In this document: in pieces, positions 60,428 through 64,000 of the stretch
Numbering within the stretch: position 1 is the first letter of the stretch
Layout of the letters: every line of letters starts with the position of its first letter
Source of the DNA: an uncultured SAR86 cluster bacterium
GTDB taxonomy: Bacteria; Pseudomonadota; Gammaproteobacteria; Magnimaribacterales; AG-339-G14
Length of the DNA: 64,000 bases
Direction: 5' to 3'
NCBI GenBank assembly: GCA_902527995.1
Contig: CABZRA010000003.1
Coordinates: 3,716-67,715 of the forward strand
The notes under the pieces: generated by a model
The model's database searches: none
Seen by the model: the letters and a program-made list of their open reading frames with translations, nothing else
What the model was told of the DNA's origin: nothing
Translations under genes and position numbers: made by a program

Positions 60428-60808
60428 ATGTCTTCGACAAGTATTGAAAAATTACTTGAAATTATGAGACAGCTCAGAGATCCCGAACAAGGTTGCGAAT
60501 GGGATAAAAAACAAACTTTTAAATCTTTAATACCATACTTAAAAGAAGAATCTGCTGAAGTTATTGAAGCAATTGAAAAAGAAGACTATGGCAATTTGAA
60601 AGAAGAACTTGGAGATTTACTTTTACAAATAGTATTTCATTCTCAAATTGCCAAGGAAAAAAAATTGTTTTCTTTCGATGAAGTAGTTGAAGAACTTTCA
60701 AATAAATTAGTTAGAAGACACCCGTATGTTTTTGATTCTAAAAAAAAACATACAGCTGAAGAACAAGCTCAAATGTGGAAAAAGATAAAATCTGAAGAAA
60801 AAAAATGA
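60428..60808 (+). CDS. mazG: MazG-family nucleoside triphosphate pyrophosphohydrolase, single-domain form
   Basis: 126 aa. CEWDKKQTFKSLIPYLKEESAEVIEAIE and ELGDLLLQIVFHSQIA are EEXX(E/D)-type metal motifs. Confidence 0.8.
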   Translation: MSSTSIEKLLEIMRQLRDPEQGCEWDKKQTFKSLIPYLKEESAEVIEAIEKEDYGNLKEELGDLLLQIVFHSQIAKEKKLFSFDEVVEELSNKLVRRHPYVFDSKKKHTAEEQAQMWKKIKSEEKK

Positions 60809-61692
60809 ATACATTTATTGAAAATTTCAAAGGAATTGTTTGTTTTTTGATTTTACTCACAAATACTCTTGTTTTAGCTACTTTAATGATTCCTTTGGGC
60901 ATTATTAAATTTTTGATTCCAATAAAATCTCTAAGGATATCCTTCACAAAAATGATTATCAAAATCGGAGAAATTTGGATTTCGGTAAATTCAATCTGGG
61001 TTTTAAAAATTTTAAATCCAAATATAAAAATAGATGGTTTTGAAAGCTTAAATAAAAACGAATGGTATTTGACAACTTCAAACCATCAAAGTTGGGCTGA
61101 TATCTTTATGGTTCAAATGCTAACCAATAAGAAGATTCCCATGCTCAAATTTTTTATGAAGCACGTGTTAATTTATGTTCCAGTAATAGGTATTTGTTGG
61201 TGGGCTTTAGATATGCCCTTTTTAAAGAGATATACCAAAGAACAAATTAAGAAAAACCCAAATTTACAAGGAAGGGATTTTAAAGAAATGCGGAAATCTT
61301 TAAATCATTATTCTTTACACCCAGTATCAGTTTTCAGCTACGCTGAAGGTACAAGGTTTACCCATAAAAAACATATAGCCCAAGATAGTCCTTACAACAA
61401 TTTATTAAAACCAAAAGAAGGAGGTATGGCCTTAGCCTTGTCTGTGATACCGAGTATAAAATTTTTAATCGATATAACAATTATTTATGAAAGCCCAAAA
61501 AGGAGTTTTTGGGATTATTTGTGTGGTAGGCTAAAAAATATAAAAATTTTTGTTAAAAAAATTGAAATACCTAAGGAGTTTTTGAATGAAAATCTTGCTG
61601 AAGACGACAGATTGCGTTCCAATTTCAAAGTTTGGCTCAATAACGTTTGGAAAGATAAAGACGATCTTATTTCAGCTGAATCCTTCAAATAA
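60805..61692 (+). CDS. lysophospholipid/1-acylglycerol-3-phosphate acyltransferase family protein (YihG-like)
   Basis: 295 aa. N-terminal TM, the HX4D motif NHQSWAD, and YAEGTRF. Confidence 0.75.
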   Translation: MNTFIENFKGIVCFLILLTNTLVLATLMIPLGIIKFLIPIKSLRISFTKMIIKIGEIWISVNSIWVLKILNPNIKIDGFESLNKNEWYLTTSNHQSWADIFMVQMLTNKKIPMLKFFMKHVLIYVPVIGICWWALDMPFLKRYTKEQIKKNPNLQGRDFKEMRKSLNHYSLHPVSVFSYAEGTRFTHKKHIAQDSPYNNLLKPKEGGMALALSVIPSIKFLIDITIIYESPKRSFWDYLCGRLKNIKIFVKKIEIPKEFLNENLAEDDRLRSNFKVWLNNVWKDKDDLISAESFK

Positions 61693-61698
61693 TTTAGT

Positions 61699-63750
61699 AT
61701 GAAAATATTTCTACTCCTAGCTTTTCTTTTCCTCTCCTTTAACTCATTTACGTCAGGAAAAATTTTTCCTTTAAAAGAAGATGACAGATCTCTGTATTCT
61801 AAAGTTTATGAGGAGGTTCAATACGTTCTCCAAAAAAATCATTTTAATAACGATATTTCACTCATGAAATCTGAGGTTGTAGAAAAGTATATAAACCAAA
61901 TAGACAGCCAAAAAATAATATTTACAGAAAATGAAATCAATTCTTTTTCCAAAAAACCCTTAATAAGTTCGTCAGATGAAATAAATTTAGCCTTCATGCT
62001 TTTTAATTATTTCAAAGAAAGGTCATTAAATTTGCTTGAGCATCAAAAATCTATAATTGAACTAGTAGAAACTGAAGAAGATTTAAGCGGTGCAGAAATA
62101 GTTTATAAAAATAGAGAAGATTTAGATCGATTTAAATCCTTTACTCAGATAAAAACCTATCAACAAAATCTTGCGCTTAGTGAGCTTATTTCAATTTATT
62201 TAAAAGAAAACGATCTTGATAAAGCTAAAGAAAAAATTATTAAGAGGTTAGATAATAGAAAAAAAAGTTTGGGTAGAATTTCTTTAGATGAAATTTTCAG
62301 CCTTTATACTAATTCATATACTGATTTTTATGATCCTCATACAATTTATATGACTCCAACTACTCAAGAAGATTGGGAAATAAATTTGAAAGCTTCACTT
62401 GAAGGCATTGGAGCAATTCTATCATCTGAAGATGGCATTACTAAGATTACTAGATTAATACCTGGAGGGCCCGCAGAGAAATCTGGTCTACTAAAAGTTA
62501 CAGATAAAATTGTTGGAGTTGCAAAATCTATAAATGATGAGTTAGTTGACGTTCGAGATTGGAGAATTGACGAAGTTGTAAAACTCATCAGAGGACCAAA
62601 GTCCACAATTGTTCAATTGGAGGTTTTGCCATCTGCTTCAGATAACGAAGATAAAGGGAAATTAATTGAAATAACTAGAGATGTTGTAAAACTTGAAGAC
62701 GCAGCTGCAAAGAAAAAAGAAATTAAAATCAAAAGAGCATCTCGAAATTACAATATTGGGGTCATTGAATTACCTACTTTTTATATGGACTTTGAAGCTT
62801 ACAATAAAAATAGATTTGACTATAAAAGTAGTTCAAGGGACGTAAAAAAAATGTTGAGAGAGTTAGATGCAGCCAACATAGATGGATTAATTCTAGATTT
62901 GCGAGGAAATGGTGGAGGATTTCTATTTGAAGCTTACTCTTTGGCAAAACTATTTATTGGCAGAGGTAATGTGGTACAAGTTATGGAGGCAAATGGGTCA
63001 TTACAATCCTTAGGACATAATCTTGGCCAACAAAATTACGATGGTCCTGTTGTTATTTTAGTTGATAAATTAAGTGCCTCTGCTTCAGAAATTCTTGCCG
63101 GAGTGATACAAGACTATGATCGAGGACTAGTAATTGGTAGTCAAACTTTTGGAAAAGGAACCGTGCAAAGAATGATAGAACTTTCACATGGTCACTTAAA
63201 GTTTACAGAACAAAAATACTATAGAGTTTCTGGAGAGAGCACTCAAAATAAAGGTGTGGAACCAGACATTTCGATACCTTTAGTGTTCAATGATGAAGAA
63301 ATAGGAGAAAGATCTTATGAAAACTCGCTACCTTACAATCACATAGATCCTATTTTTTATCGTTCTTTTAACAAAGTTGAAAATGTAGATCTACTTAAAA
63401 CTATTTCCTCTAATAGAACTAACTCTAATGAAATGAGTATATATATTAGTTCTCAACAAGACTTTTACGAAAATGAAAAAAATAACAACGTGATTCCTAT
63501 TAATCTGAAAAAAAGAAAGTCCATGAAATTTGCTAGAGAAGCAAAAATCCTTCTCATGGAGAATAAGTTTAGAAAATCATTAAATTTAGACCCTTTCGTT
63601 ACTTATGATGAATTCGTAAACTCAGATCCAGAGGAAATTTCAGAGCTTAGAGAAGAAATTGTTCTAAAAGAGGCAGCTGAAATTCTGGTCGACTCTTTAC
63701 AATTTAGCGAAACTCCATCAAGAATCAGTTTCGGTATTATGAGTCAATGA
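61699..63750 (+). CDS. prc: carboxy-terminal (tail-specific) processing protease, S41 family
   Basis: 683 aa. Signal peptide, a PDZ region (GIGAILSSEDGITKITRLIPGGPAEKSG), DLRGNGGG, catalytic Ser in SASASEI, and GTVQ. Confidence 0.9.
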   Translation: MKIFLLLAFLFLSFNSFTSGKIFPLKEDDRSLYSKVYEEVQYVLQKNHFNNDISLMKSEVVEKYINQIDSQKIIFTENEINSFSKKPLISSSDEINLAFMLFNYFKERSLNLLEHQKSIIELVETEEDLSGAEIVYKNREDLDRFKSFTQIKTYQQNLALSELISIYLKENDLDKAKEKIIKRLDNRKKSLGRISLDEIFSLYTNSYTDFYDPHTIYMTPTTQEDWEINLKASLEGIGAILSSEDGITKITRLIPGGPAEKSGLLKVTDKIVGVAKSINDELVDVRDWRIDEVVKLIRGPKSTIVQLEVLPSASDNEDKGKLIEITRDVVKLEDAAAKKKEIKIKRASRNYNIGVIELPTFYMDFEAYNKNRFDYKSSSRDVKKMLRELDAANIDGLILDLRGNGGGFLFEAYSLAKLFIGRGNVVQVMEANGSLQSLGHNLGQQNYDGPVVILVDKLSASASEILAGVIQDYDRGLVIGSQTFGKGTVQRMIELSHGHLKFTEQKYYRVSGESTQNKGVEPDISIPLVFNDEEIGERSYENSLPYNHIDPIFYRSFNKVENVDLLKTISSNRTNSNEMSIYISSQQDFYENEKNNNVIPINLKKRKSMKFAREAKILLMENKFRKSLNLDPFVTYDEFVNSDPEEISELREEIVLKEAAEILVDSLQFSETPSRISFGIMSQ

Positions 63751-64000
63751 AAATTTTTTCATTCAACGTCAATGGTATTAGAGCGAGATATCATCAACTT
63801 GAGAAACTTATATCAAAACATAAACCTGAAGTTTTCTGTTTACAAGAGACTAAAGTACATAACGATGATTTTCCTCATGAAGAAATAGACAAACTCGGAT
63901 ATCAAAAAATTATCAATGGTCAAAAAGGACATTATGGAGTTGCGACTTTTCATAAGGACAATTTATTGACGTCAAGTATTGGCTTTGAAACAGATAGTGA
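63747..64000 (+). CDS. xthA: exodeoxyribonuclease III (5' part; runs off the right window edge)
   Basis: My own translation from the ATG at 63747, which overlaps the prc stop as ATGA: MKIFSFNVNGIRARYHQLEKLISKHKPEVFCLQETKVHNDDFPHEEIDKLGYQ...GQKGHYGVA. It is nearly collinear with the E. coli XthA N-terminus from memory. Confidence 0.9.
   Translation, partial: MKIFSFNVNGIRARYHQLEKLISKHKPEVFCLQETKVHNDDFPHEEIDKLGYQKIINGQKGHYGVATFHKDNLLTSSIGFETDS

Overview
This is an AT-rich, very gene-dense chromosomal segment: about 60 CDS, 2 tRNAs, and only about 10 intergenic gaps longer than 30 nt. It reads as core genome of a streamlined gammaproteobacterium. That assignment is an inference from synteny blocks remembered from Pseudomonas and E. 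coli: alaS-lysC-tRNA-Ser(GCU); purF-cvpA-folC-accD-trpA-trpB-trpF-truA-fimV-asd-leuB-leuD-leuC-aroC; cysB near thrH; lexA beside topA. Almost every ORF has a confident housekeeping assignment (aminoacyl-tRNA synthetases, purine, Trp, Leu and Asp-family biosynthesis, the 2-methylcitrate cycle, DNA repair). I found no CRISPR array, transposase, integrase, phage gene, toxin-antitoxin pair or recognisable defence module, and no convincing novel multi-gene system. The best leads are small-scale. (1) A terminator/antiterminator leader upstream of metY looks like an unclassified riboswitch or attenuator. (2) The lexA SOS box contains a -10 hexamer and overlaps the start codon, which predicts a leaderless lexA mRNA. 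(3) An adjacent acyl-CoA dehydrogenase pair has a degenerate second copy, suggesting a heteromeric enzyme. (4) A stand-alone Cas4-like PD-(D/E)XK nuclease sits next to tRNA-Asn. (5) A pair of exported paralogs is built from a repeated Cys-pair domain of unknown function. (6) A DXD-glycosyltransferase plus Wzi-like outer-membrane protein module is present. (7) There are several signs of extreme compaction, including overlapping convergent stop codons, csrA missing from its canonical slot, and a miniature FimV. All family assignments come from motif recognition by eye. No database search was run.
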